Shown here one piece after another: positions 1-8,957 of a DNA stretch of 60,574 nucleotides. Numbering within the stretch: the stretch's first letter is position 1; the number at the start of each line of letters is the position of its first letter. Made by a program: the position numbers and the translations under genes. The stretch lies in the IMG/VR virus record IMGVR_UViG_3300044641_005651; one strand, written 5' to 3'. The notes under the pieces were generated by a model that made no database searches, was not told the DNA's origin, and was given only the letters and a program-made list of their open reading frames with translations. This DNA is from an uncultured virus (IMG/VR IMGVR_UViG_3300044641_005651). Lineage: Duplodnaviria; Heunggongvirae; Uroviricota; Caudoviricetes.

Positions 1-2099
1 ATCTCGAAATGACAGTACTAGATACATATCCTTATATTGTACCTGTAGGTGCCGAAGCTCTTAAGCATGTATGTGGTATGACTGGAATAACTAAATACAA
101 TGGAACCATTGTAAAAGATAAGTATATTCCATTGATGCACCCTAATATCATATCTGTTAAACCACAGAGTAGAGATGATATTGTTAAAGCCCTATCTACT
201 ATTTCTCAAATCGTAGATGGTAAATATAACGTAGTCGTAAATGATAAGACCCATCTGTATATAGATAATGAGGAATCATATAATCAATATATGTCTTCTA
301 GCTTTATAGATGCTAAAGAAGTAGTATGCGATATCGAAACTACAGGTCTATCTTTTATGGACAATGACATAATCGGGGTTGCTTTTAGTACTAAACCTCA
401 CGAAGGTGTATTTATATCTATTGATATAATTCTAAAGCATAAAGAAGAAATTAAAAATCTACTTAAAACTAAAAAGGTAATATTCCATAACGGCAAATTC
501 GATCAACAGTTCTTGAACTATCAACTAGGTTGGGAGTTTCCTGACTTTGAGGATACCATGCTTCTTCACTATTGCTTAGAAGAAGCCGTAGGCACGCATG
601 GACTTAAGCCTCTAGCTATGAAATATACCGATCTAGGCGACTATGAGCGCGAACTAGACGAATATAAAAAAGCTTTTTGTAGAAAAAGCAAGCTCAAGCT
701 CGAAGATTTTAATTATGGAATGTTACCCTTAGACATCCTAGCTCCTTATGCTTGTAAGGATGCGGATGCTTCTTTTCAACTATACCTAAAATTCAAACCT
801 CTTGTTGATAAGAATCCAAAATTTAAAAGTCTCTATGAGACAATTCTCCTACCTGCTAGTAAATCACTAATGGTTCTAGAGAGAAACGGAGGCCCTATTG
901 ATGTATCCTTCGCCCAAACTCTTGTAGATAACTACAAAGTAGAAATTGATAAAACTCTAAAAGAGATTTATCAAGATGAAGCTGTTGCTAGATTTGAGCG
1001 TATATATGAAAAAACGTTCAATCCCAATAGCACTATGCAACTTAGAGAACTTTTCTTTACTATTCTAAGATTAGAGCCAGTAAAGAAAACAGATTCCGGC
1101 GCTTGGTCAACAGATAAGGAAGTTCTAGAAGAACTAGATCATCCTCTATCTAATCTAATACTAGATCTTCGTAAAAAGAAAAAGATCCAAGATACATACC
1201 TTGAAGGTATTATTAGCGGATTAAGCTCTGATAAAAGACTACGTAGTGGTTTCAATATTCATGGAACTACCAGCGGACGTCTATCTAGCTCTGGAGTAAT
1301 TAATTATCAAAATATTCCTCGAGACAATAAGGACATCAAAAAGATGTTTAAAGCCCGAGAGGGTTATAAGATAGTTCAGGGAGACTTGAAGACTGCGGAA
1401 GTGTATTACGCAGCAGTTCTCAGTAATGACGAATTCTTACAGAAAGCGTTCGTAGAAAAACTAGACTTCCACTCTTACATTGCTAAACAGATTTTCAATT
1501 TGCCGTGCAAGGTAGAAGAAGTTAAAAAACTATATCCAGATAATAGACAGTGGGCAAAAGCAATTACATTCGGTATCATGTATCAAGCAGGGCCGGGTAA
1601 AATTGCAGAAACTGCTAACGTTACCTATCAAGAAGCTAAAATGTTTATTAATAAATACTTTAGAGAAGCTAGTAATCTAAAGATATGGATTGATCATGCC
1701 AATGATTTCATTGCAAGCAATGCCTATATCTATAGCTTCTTCGGCAGAAAGCGCCGACTTCCAGAGAGTAAATCTCCAAATAGAGGCGTAGCAGGTCACG
1801 CAATTAGGTCTGGGGTTAACTTCTTAGTACAGAGTGTAGCGTCTGACATTAATCTTCTAGGTCTTGTAGATGCTATGAAATGGATACAAGATAACAACTA
1901 TCAGAAAGAGATCATACCTTTTACCGTTGTTCACGACTCTATAGTCGCGGAAGTAAGAGAAGATCTAGTTGATACCTGGGCTCAGAATATGCGTAAGTCT
2001 ATTCAGATAGATAGAGGAATTAGTATCCCTAACTGTCCTATTGATGTAGATTTCGAAGTAGGCAATAGCTGGGGAGAACTTGAGCCACTCAAAGTTTAA
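1..2099 (+). CDS. polA: DNA polymerase family A, T5-like (probably 5'-truncated by the window edge; ORF track starts at 9)
   Basis: Exo motifs CDIETTG, FHNGKFD, YACKDAD; Pol motifs TTSGRLSSS, GDLKTAE, AKAITFGIMY, VHDS; GTHGLKPLAMKYTDLGDY matches T5 pol as recalled. Frame is open to the window edge. Confidence 0.96.
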   Translation, partial: LEMTVLDTYPYIVPVGAEALKHVCGMTGITKYNGTIVKDKYIPLMHPNIISVKPQSRDDIVKALSTISQIVDGKYNVVVNDKTHLYIDNEESYNQYMSSSFIDAKEVVCDIETTGLSFMDNDIIGVAFSTKPHEGVFISIDIILKHKEEIKNLLKTKKVIFHNGKFDQQFLNYQLGWEFPDFEDTMLLHYCLEEAVGTHGLKPLAMKYTDLGDYERELDEYKKAFCRKSKLKLEDFNYGMLPLDILAPYACKDADASFQLYLKFKPLVDKNPKFKSLYETILLPASKSLMVLERNGGPIDVSFAQTLVDNYKVEIDKTLKEIYQDEAVARFERIYEKTFNPNSTMQLRELFFTILRLEPVKKTDSGAWSTDKEVLEELDHPLSNLILDLRKKKKIQDTYLEGIISGLSSDKRLRSGFNIHGTTSGRLSSSGVINYQNIPRDNKDIKKMFKAREGYKIVQGDLKTAEVYYAAVLSNDEFLQKAFVEKLDFHSYIAKQIFNLPCKVEEVKKLYPDNRQWAKAITFGIMYQAGPGKIAETANVTYQEAKMFINKYFREASNLKIWIDHANDFIASNAYIYSFFGRKRRLPESKSPNRGVAGHAIRSGVNFLVQSVASDINLLGLVDAMKWIQDNNYQKEIIPFTVVHDSIVAEVREDLVDTWAQNMRKSIQIDRGISIPNCPIDVDFEVGNSWGELEPLKV

Positions 2100-2592
2100 G
2101 GATATTGTTTTTCCTTTTTTTGCGAGAAAACATAATCCATATTCTGTAATATACAAAAAAGATAAGGTTCTTGTTAAGGTAGATCCCCACAGTAAGGTTA
2201 CGTTTATAGACAATGTAACCCCAGAAAACAAGAATCTTTCTTATTTTGAAAGATTATCTAATTTTGATACTAGAGTATCTTTTGAGTTTACTTGTAGAAA
2301 TTTAACTGAACTATTGAATGCCAAAGTTTATTGGGGTGTAGATAGTACTGGTAAAGTATTTGATTTAGTAAATAAAGAAAGATTTCCAACAAAACTAGCA
2401 AGAATTAGAAAAATTAAAGAAGGACTAATTTGGGTAAATTATGTTAGCTATCCGTTAAAAATACATAAAACTGTAGACTTAGAAAATGCTGATTTAGACG
2501 TACTAAAAGTAATACTACTCTACATTGATTATGAATGGGTTATCTATCAGTTTACCTATGATACAAAGATTAGTGAATACATAAACCTATGA
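2080..2592 (+). CDS. Hypothetical protein (T5-like position between pol and helicase)
   Basis: 170-aa ORF overlapping both neighbours; synteny only. Confidence 0.7.
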   Translation: MSHSKFKDIVFPFFARKHNPYSVIYKKDKVLVKVDPHSKVTFIDNVTPENKNLSYFERLSNFDTRVSFEFTCRNLTELLNAKVYWGVDSTGKVFDLVNKERFPTKLARIRKIKEGLIWVNYVSYPLKIHKTVDLENADLDVLKVILLYIDYEWVIYQFTYDTKISEYINL

Positions 2593-3887
2593 AGATAAAA
2601 AACGCTACAATAAATGAAAAGTTAAGAATCTGCAAAGATGACATAGAAGATATAAGTGATTTTGAATCTCTATATCTCTATAATTACGGAGATGAATTCT
2701 TTTCATCTATTGAAGAGATTGATAACTATTATTTAGTCCCTAGTAATTCTATATTTAAGCTAGAAGTAGAAAACTTAAAAGATGAACGCATAAAAAAAGA
2801 AATTGAACCTCTACTAGAATTTAATGGTAAATTAAGGCCTGAGCAGTTAGAAGCTATCAGGCCTTTTTTTCCAAATGGAATAGGTATGAGAGGGCTTAAC
2901 TCCGGGCTACTACAGGCACCGTGTGGGTGGGGAAAGACTTTTGCAGCGTGCAATCTCATAGCAGAAGCAAGTCTTACTACTATAATTATAGTGCATACTA
3001 AGCTACTGTTCTATCAGTGGATAGAAGAATTGAAAAAGTTAATACCAAATCAAGAAATTGGTATGATAGGCGATGGTAAGTTTAACCTTAAACCTATAAC
3101 GGTTGCTATCTATAAAAGCGCCAACAATAATATAGAGGCTATAAAGAACGAATTTTCCCTAGTGATAGTAGACGAGGCACATCTGTGCCCAGCCGAAACC
3201 TTCTCGGAAACTGTAAATAATATAAATTCTAAGTATAAGATTGCGATTACTGCAACTCCTGCTAGAAAAGATGGTCACCATTTAGTATTACCAGATTATT
3301 TTGGAGATAAGTTAGTAGTCGCTAAAGATAGTAGAAAATTGGCAGATTGCCATTTTGAAATAGTTAAATCAGATATACCTTTTATGATATTCAATATCAA
3401 TAGAGATTGGACTGCTAGGTTATCTGAACTAGGAGAAAATCCCAAGTATTTAAACTTAGTCGCAGAAAAAGCTAAAGAGAAAATAGCCGAAGGTAGATGC
3501 TTATTAATTCTGTCAGAACGAGTAGGTATGCTAAAAGAACTATTAAAACTAATTCCAGATAGTAAACTTTTGATCGGAGAAACTCCGCAAACCGAAAGAG
3601 ATAAAATACTAAACTCTGCTGGAAAAGAAGTAAAAGCTATTCTCACCACTAAGATATTTGACGAAGGAATTAGTTGTCACCGTCTAGATACAATATTTTT
3701 AACTTGTCCTAATAATAATCCTATTAAACTAGAGCAGAGAGTAGGAAGAATTATTAGGTTACATCCAGATAAAAAAGATCCACTAATCGTAGATTTTTGG
3801 CTAAAAGGACATATAGTTCAGGCACAACAATCTAAGAGAGTTCAGTGGTATCTGATCAAGGGATTTAAACCGATTGAAGCATTTTAA
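2589..3887 (+). CDS. D10: SF2 DEAH helicase (T5 D10-like)
   Basis: Walker A APCGWGKT, DEAH, TATP, QRVGRIIR. Confidence 0.92.
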   Translation: MKIKNATINEKLRICKDDIEDISDFESLYLYNYGDEFFSSIEEIDNYYLVPSNSIFKLEVENLKDERIKKEIEPLLEFNGKLRPEQLEAIRPFFPNGIGMRGLNSGLLQAPCGWGKTFAACNLIAEASLTTIIIVHTKLLFYQWIEELKKLIPNQEIGMIGDGKFNLKPITVAIYKSANNNIEAIKNEFSLVIVDEAHLCPAETFSETVNNINSKYKIAITATPARKDGHHLVLPDYFGDKLVVAKDSRKLADCHFEIVKSDIPFMIFNINRDWTARLSELGENPKYLNLVAEKAKEKIAEGRCLLILSERVGMLKELLKLIPDSKLLIGETPQTERDKILNSAGKEVKAILTTKIFDEGISCHRLDTIFLTCPNNNPIKLEQRVGRIIRLHPDKKDPLIVDFWLKGHIVQAQQSKRVQWYLIKGFKPIEAF

Positions 3888-4362
3888 TTGGTACGAGTTA
3901 AAGTCGCGCAGTGATAATGTACCGGAAGGTATAATTACATTGACTTATGCTCTTAGTAAAGGATATAATTCAATTATAAGTTCTTCGGAGAGTTTATTGC
4001 TCTCCAGACTTAACATTGATCATATACCTCAAGTTTTATATAGGAAAAGACATATAGTTAAAAGTCTCTTTGGGATTATTAACAACTATGTAACTACAGA
4101 ACCTCAATGTTATTTAGTCAATTTCGATTGGCTAAACGATAAAGAATCTGTCTACAATAAAATTGTATATATTTATGCACTGAGTCAAAGATCCATAAAT
4201 AATAAAAATTTATATATTCCAGAAACTTATCTAGATGATAAATACTGGGATAATCCTTACTTAAAACATAAAGATCAAAAACTATGGTTCATACCAGAAC
4301 TTACACATTTAAACCAATATAAAAAAGGAGAAACAACAAATGGTAGCATGGGATCAGGCTAA
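3874..4362 (+). CDS. Hypothetical protein
   Basis: 162-aa ORF (TTG start) filling the gap between helicase and D11-like gene. Confidence 0.65.
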   Translation: MKHFNWYELKSRSDNVPEGIITLTYALSKGYNSIISSSESLLLSRLNIDHIPQVLYRKRHIVKSLFGIINNYVTTEPQCYLVNFDWLNDKESVYNKIVYIYALSQRSINNKNLYIPETYLDDKYWDNPYLKHKDQKLWFIPELTHLNQYKKGETTNGSMGSG

Positions 4363-4984
4363 AAAAGAAACAAAAGGAGATCGCAAGGTAATCGAGCGTC
4401 TAACAATAGTAGGAGATACTAAGGTTAGATTCGTGGGAGAAGTTCTTCCTCGTTACGTTTACTGGGTAATCACTAAAGAGGGAAAGAAGATGCCGGTAGA
4501 ATGCCTACAGTTCAACCGTCAGTCAGAATCTTTTGACAGTAATGCAAAAGACCCAATGAAGGAACTACCTCCAGATATCTATTCTGAAAAGCCACAGTTC
4601 GCTTATGTCTGTAACGTACTAGACAGAAGCGATGGTAAAGTCAAGCTATTCGACGTCAAAGCAACTATTTACAAGCAAATTGTAGACTATGCTCGTAACC
4701 CAGAATATGGTAACCCCGCAGACCCAGAAAAGGGATACGACATCACAATCAAGAAAGAGAAGACAGGTCCTCTTCCTCAGAACGTAAAGTATACCTGTGT
4801 ACCTGCTAGAACAAGCAAGGCACTGACTGCAGAAGAACGTGCTATTGAGCTTTACGAAGTATCAAAGATGTATAAGCGCCCAACTTACGAAGAGCAGAAG
4901 AAGTGGCTACTAGACAACACCATGTTGTTTAGCACTATAACTGACAATTCTCTATCACCAGAAGGAGTAGAGGATCTTAATTAA
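4340..4984 (+). CDS. D11: Probable ssDNA-binding/recombination protein (T5 D11-like)
   Basis: VRFVGEVLPRYVYW, GYDITIKKEKTGPLPQNVKY, acidic tail; strong AAGGAG SD; synteny. Confidence 0.8.
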   Translation: MVAWDQAKKETKGDRKVIERLTIVGDTKVRFVGEVLPRYVYWVITKEGKKMPVECLQFNRQSESFDSNAKDPMKELPPDIYSEKPQFAYVCNVLDRSDGKVKLFDVKATIYKQIVDYARNPEYGNPADPEKGYDITIKKEKTGPLPQNVKYTCVPARTSKALTAEERAIELYEVSKMYKRPTYEEQKKWLLDNTMLFSTITDNSLSPEGVEDLN

Positions 4985-5838
4985 TGGGTAAGGTATCAAA
5001 ACTAGCAGAGATGATACCTAACGGTAAACCCTCTGTAACACCTGACCCAAATAATCCGGGGCAGATGCACATAAACATTGAAGAACTGCAGAAACACAAC
5101 CTGTTTTTTGCAACTCCATGTTATGGTGGACAGCTAACAGATCAGTTTTTCTTATCAATGTTTAGGCTTACTCAAGCTCTAAATCATTACAAGATTAATT
5201 ACAGAATCACTACTCTTAGAAATGAGAGCCTAGTGCCTAGAGCTAGAAATATCTTAACAGCAATGTTTCTAGAGAGTGATTGCTCTCACCTAATGTTCAT
5301 AGATGCAGATATTGAATTCGAGCCAGATTCAGTAATCAGAATGTTAGCAATGAATAAGCCATTAATTGCAGCAGCTTATCCTAAGAAAACAGTTGATTGG
5401 GAGAGTGTAAGAAGAGCAGCTATCGAAGGAAAAGAGGATATCTCTAAGTACAGTGCTCAATATGCTATAAATCTTAAGTTCAAAGATCCTAGAACTAGAG
5501 AACTTAATGTAGATAACGGAGCTATAGAAGTAATGGATGCTTCTACCGGATTCTTCATGGTGCAAAGAGTTGTCTTTGACAAGATGATTCAAGCATATCC
5601 AGAACTACATTATAAAAATGATAGTTCTATTGATCCTAAGTTCAATCCATTCTGTTATTCTTTCTTCGATACTATTCATGATCCAGATGATAACAGATAC
5701 TTATCAGAAGACTATACTTTCTGTCGTAGATGGCAGAAAATAGGCGGTAAGATTTGGCTTGATCCTAGCACTAGACTAAGTCACGTAGGGGCATTCACTT
5801 TCCCTGGAGACGTGAGCAGGATATTTGACAGACGTTAA
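4984..5838 (+). CDS. GT-A fold glycosyltransferase-like protein
   Basis: ATPCYGG, ESLVPRARN, DxD motif FIDADI, LSEDYTFC. Confidence 0.75.
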   Translation: MGKVSKLAEMIPNGKPSVTPDPNNPGQMHINIEELQKHNLFFATPCYGGQLTDQFFLSMFRLTQALNHYKINYRITTLRNESLVPRARNILTAMFLESDCSHLMFIDADIEFEPDSVIRMLAMNKPLIAAAYPKKTVDWESVRRAAIEGKEDISKYSAQYAINLKFKDPRTRELNVDNGAIEVMDASTGFFMVQRVVFDKMIQAYPELHYKNDSSIDPKFNPFCYSFFDTIHDPDDNRYLSEDYTFCRRWQKIGGKIWLDPSTRLSHVGAFTFPGDVSRIFDRR

Positions 5839-6140
5839 CCGCGTTGTGTCTCTCCGAGACAGCGTGGGAGTTCTTGTAATAATACTCCCACGTTAACCGC
5901 GTTGTGTCTCTCCGAGACAGCGTGGGAGTTCTTGTAATAATACTCCCACGTTAACCGCGTTATGTCTCTCCGAGACGGCGTGGGAGCTCTTGTAATAAGA
6001 CACAAGACTCCCACGTATTCGTTATGTCTCTCCGAGACCTCTTAGTTGCAGCGTTCATACGTTATGCCTCTCCGAGGCAAGCTGAAGACGAATGTGCCAT
6101 ATAGGGAACCGCGGTCACATATATGCAACAACGTCTCATA
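5832..6140. repeat. Intergenic tandem hairpin repeat (58-bp period, decaying to five short hairpin cores)
   Basis: Units start at 5832, 5890, 5948; core cgtt(g/a)tgYctctccgagRc occurs five times; second stem cgtgggag..ctcccacg occurs three times. Confidence 0.93.
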
Positions 6141-6173
6141 CGTTATTTATAGCATATTATAGAAAGTTTTTCA

Positions 6174-7133
6174 ATGTTTAAAATCTTACACAGTGCAGAT
6201 TGGCACATACTCCTACATAAGAAGAAAGTTCCTTGGGAATGGCAGTCTAATCGTTTCCAAGAGTTTTTCAACCATCTTCTTGAGCTAGAGAAGGGATGCA
6301 CCGCGCACATAATCGCAGGAGATGTCTTTGATAAGAAACCAGAACCTGATGAAGTAGCTCTTTTCTTATCCTATATCCATAGGGTTAAGACTAAGACATT
6401 CATTATTCCTGGTAATCATGAGGCTACCTCTAAGGGTGAATCTTTTTTAAAGCACTTCACTGGAGAGTATAAAATCAATAATCCCCAAGTAGAGATTATC
6501 TGCTATAACGCTGCGCGCAGCCTGGAAGGAGTTAACTTTCAGTTCTTTCCCTATGGCGAGATGCAACGAGATAACCTGCCTAGACCTCTTCCTGATCACA
6601 TCCTAGTCACACACATACGTGGAGAGGTGCCTCCGCATATTACAGCTGAGTATGATTTTGAAAGGTTACGTCCTTGGAAGCTAGTTCTTTGTGGAGACTT
6701 ACATCATAACCATCAGTATCGAGATATGCCTGTGTATTATCCAGGTAGTCCGATGAATGTAAGTTTTGACCGTAATGAGGAAAGAGAATATGGTGTGAAT
6801 ATTGTAGAAGGAACTCTTGATGACTACAGGGTTAAGTTTGTCCCCTTAGACTTGCCTAAATTAGTTAGACGTCGTATCCGCTCCGGAGAAGAGATGACGC
6901 CTAGTGCAAGAGATCACATTGTATACGAAGTAGTTGGAAGTGTAGACGAGTTGGCGCGCGTTGAGGGGTCTGCACTCTTAGATAAGAAGATCGCGCATAG
7001 GGCAGACGAAGAGAGCACCTTAGATCTCACCGGGTTATCTCTAGTCGAAGAGCTGGAGAGTTATTTGCGTCATCAGCGAATAGAAGATGTAGAAGGTATC
7101 TCTGCCACATTTAAAAAGTTAGGAATCTCATGA
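6174..7133 (+). CDS. D12: Recombination nuclease, Mre11/SbcD-like (T5 D12-like)
   Basis: Metallophosphoesterase motifs ADWH, AGDVFD, PGNHE, GDLH, YPGSP. Confidence 0.92.
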   Translation: MFKILHSADWHILLHKKKVPWEWQSNRFQEFFNHLLELEKGCTAHIIAGDVFDKKPEPDEVALFLSYIHRVKTKTFIIPGNHEATSKGESFLKHFTGEYKINNPQVEIICYNAARSLEGVNFQFFPYGEMQRDNLPRPLPDHILVTHIRGEVPPHITAEYDFERLRPWKLVLCGDLHHNHQYRDMPVYYPGSPMNVSFDRNEEREYGVNIVEGTLDDYRVKFVPLDLPKLVRRRIRSGEEMTPSARDHIVYEVVGSVDELARVEGSALLDKKIAHRADEESTLDLTGLSLVEELESYLRHQRIEDVEGISATFKKLGIS

Positions 7134-8956
7134 ATATTCAACTTAGAAGCTTAGCATGGTCTAATATGTTTAGCTATGGCGCAGGCAATCAGCTAAACCT
7201 GGAGAGGGCTAAGATCTCTCAGCTCTCTGGCGTAAATGGTAATGGTAAGACTAGTATTTCTCTAATCTTACAAGAGTTGCTCTACAGTAAGAACATCAAG
7301 GGTATTAAAAAAGGCGATATCCTTAATAGACATACTACTGCTCGTGGTTGGTCTGGGCAGCTTAGTTTCAAGGTAGACAAAGACCTCTATGATCTCACGG
7401 TAGAGCGTGTAGGAGATTCTAGTAAGGTCAAGCTGTTAAAAAACGGACAAGATATCTCTGAACATAAGATTCCTGATACCTATAAAAAGCTACACACTAT
7501 TCTTGGTATGACTTTTGAGGTATTCTCTCAGCTAACCTATCAGAGTAGTACCGATCTCTTAGACTTCATCAAGGCTACAGATACTAATAGAAAGAAGTTC
7601 TTAATCAACCTCTTTGGGCTTGAGAAGTATCTTGAGATTGGTGACGTCTTGAAGATAAAGATGACTGATGTCGAACAAGAACACGCAACCTTACAGGGTG
7701 AACTCTCAGGAGTTAAAAAGTTTTTAGAAAGCACTACTATTACTGATAAGAAAACGCTCATACCAGTTCCTCCTTATGACACGCAAGCAGAAACTAAGCG
7801 GGCTCATCTAAAAGTTCAGCTAGACGACTTTAACGCTCAGTGCATCAAGATTGATAAGAACCTAATGCTTATCAAGGAGCGTGATGGATTGAAATTTGAT
7901 GTAAGTGTCGAAAAGCCTAGCCAAGACGTAACGCTTTCAGACAAGATAAAAGCAGCAGATACTGCTATCACCTTAAAAACTCAGAAAGTCAAAGACCTAG
8001 AGCGTAACAAGTCTAGTATTGATACCAGTGATTCTTGCTATGCTTGCGGTCAGAAGATTGATAACTCTAAAGGCGTAGAGTTAAAAAATCAGATAGATTT
8101 AGAGATAGGCAAACTTAACTTTGAACTAACAGAACTTAAGGCGGATCTGAAGTCGCACAGAGAGCAGGAGAATAGAGAGAGTATAGCCTATCGTAATTGG
8201 ATAACTAATCAAAAAGCTATCGAGAGATTTGAACAGCTCTCACAACTGATAGATAAGTCAATTCCCTTTGTTTACCCAGACTATGCAGCTATCAAAACAG
8301 ACTACGACAATACAACAAAATATTTAAATGATTTGCAAAACTCTATAGAAGAGGCTAATAGATATAACAATCAAGTTCATATCCACAATACTAGAGTAGA
8401 AACCCTAGTAGAGCAACGTAGAGATTTTTTAGCTAGACAAGAGTTGTTAGAGAATAGTATAATAAATCTTAAAATAAAGATTAATCATTTGAACATTCTT
8501 AAAAAAGCGTTTTCTACCTCAGGCATCGTTGCTTTTAAGCTAGAAAACCTTACTAAGCAGTTAGAGAGCACGATTAACTATTATCTCGCTGAACTCTCTG
8601 ACGGACAGTTCCAGATTATCTTCAGACTCAATGGTGAAAAACTCAATATCGTTGTTGCTAATAACGGTAAAGAAACACCCATCGAAACAGTTTCAGGTGG
8701 CGAATTTGGTAGAATTCAAACCTCTATCCTACTTGCCATAAGGAATATTTTATCTAAAATTGGTGGTAGTAAAGTAAATATACTATTCCTAGACGAAATT
8801 ACAGGTGTCTTAGACGCAGCAGGAAAAGAAAGACTAGTAGATATCTTAATGCAGGAAGATGCTAATACATTCTTTATCTCTCACGACTTTGAGCACCCAC
8901 TTATCGAAAAAATTCAAATCGTAAAACAAAACAACATATCTAAAATAGGAGAATAA
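7130..8956 (+). CDS. D13: Recombination ATPase, Rad50/SbcC-like (T5 D13-like)
   Basis: GVNGNGKT, coiled coil with zinc hook CYAC, signature VSGGE, FLDE, ISH. Confidence 0.93.
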   Translation: MNIQLRSLAWSNMFSYGAGNQLNLERAKISQLSGVNGNGKTSISLILQELLYSKNIKGIKKGDILNRHTTARGWSGQLSFKVDKDLYDLTVERVGDSSKVKLLKNGQDISEHKIPDTYKKLHTILGMTFEVFSQLTYQSSTDLLDFIKATDTNRKKFLINLFGLEKYLEIGDVLKIKMTDVEQEHATLQGELSGVKKFLESTTITDKKTLIPVPPYDTQAETKRAHLKVQLDDFNAQCIKIDKNLMLIKERDGLKFDVSVEKPSQDVTLSDKIKAADTAITLKTQKVKDLERNKSSIDTSDSCYACGQKIDNSKGVELKNQIDLEIGKLNFELTELKADLKSHREQENRESIAYRNWITNQKAIERFEQLSQLIDKSIPFVYPDYAAIKTDYDNTTKYLNDLQNSIEEANRYNNQVHIHNTRVETLVEQRRDFLARQELLENSIINLKIKINHLNILKKAFSTSGIVAFKLENLTKQLESTINYYLAELSDGQFQIIFRLNGEKLNIVVANNGKETPIETVSGGEFGRIQTSILLAIRNILSKIGGSKVNILFLDEITGVLDAAGKERLVDILMQEDANTFFISHDFEHPLIEKIQIVKQNNISKIGE

Positions 8957-8957
8957 T

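Noticed and set aside
5832..6080. CRISPR mini-array
   Set aside because: The would-be spacers are identical or related, self-complementary and uneven in length (about 21-43 bp); no cas genes in the window.
6081..6095. Hammerhead-like CTGAAGA
   Set aside because: No stem II/GAAA arrangement follows.
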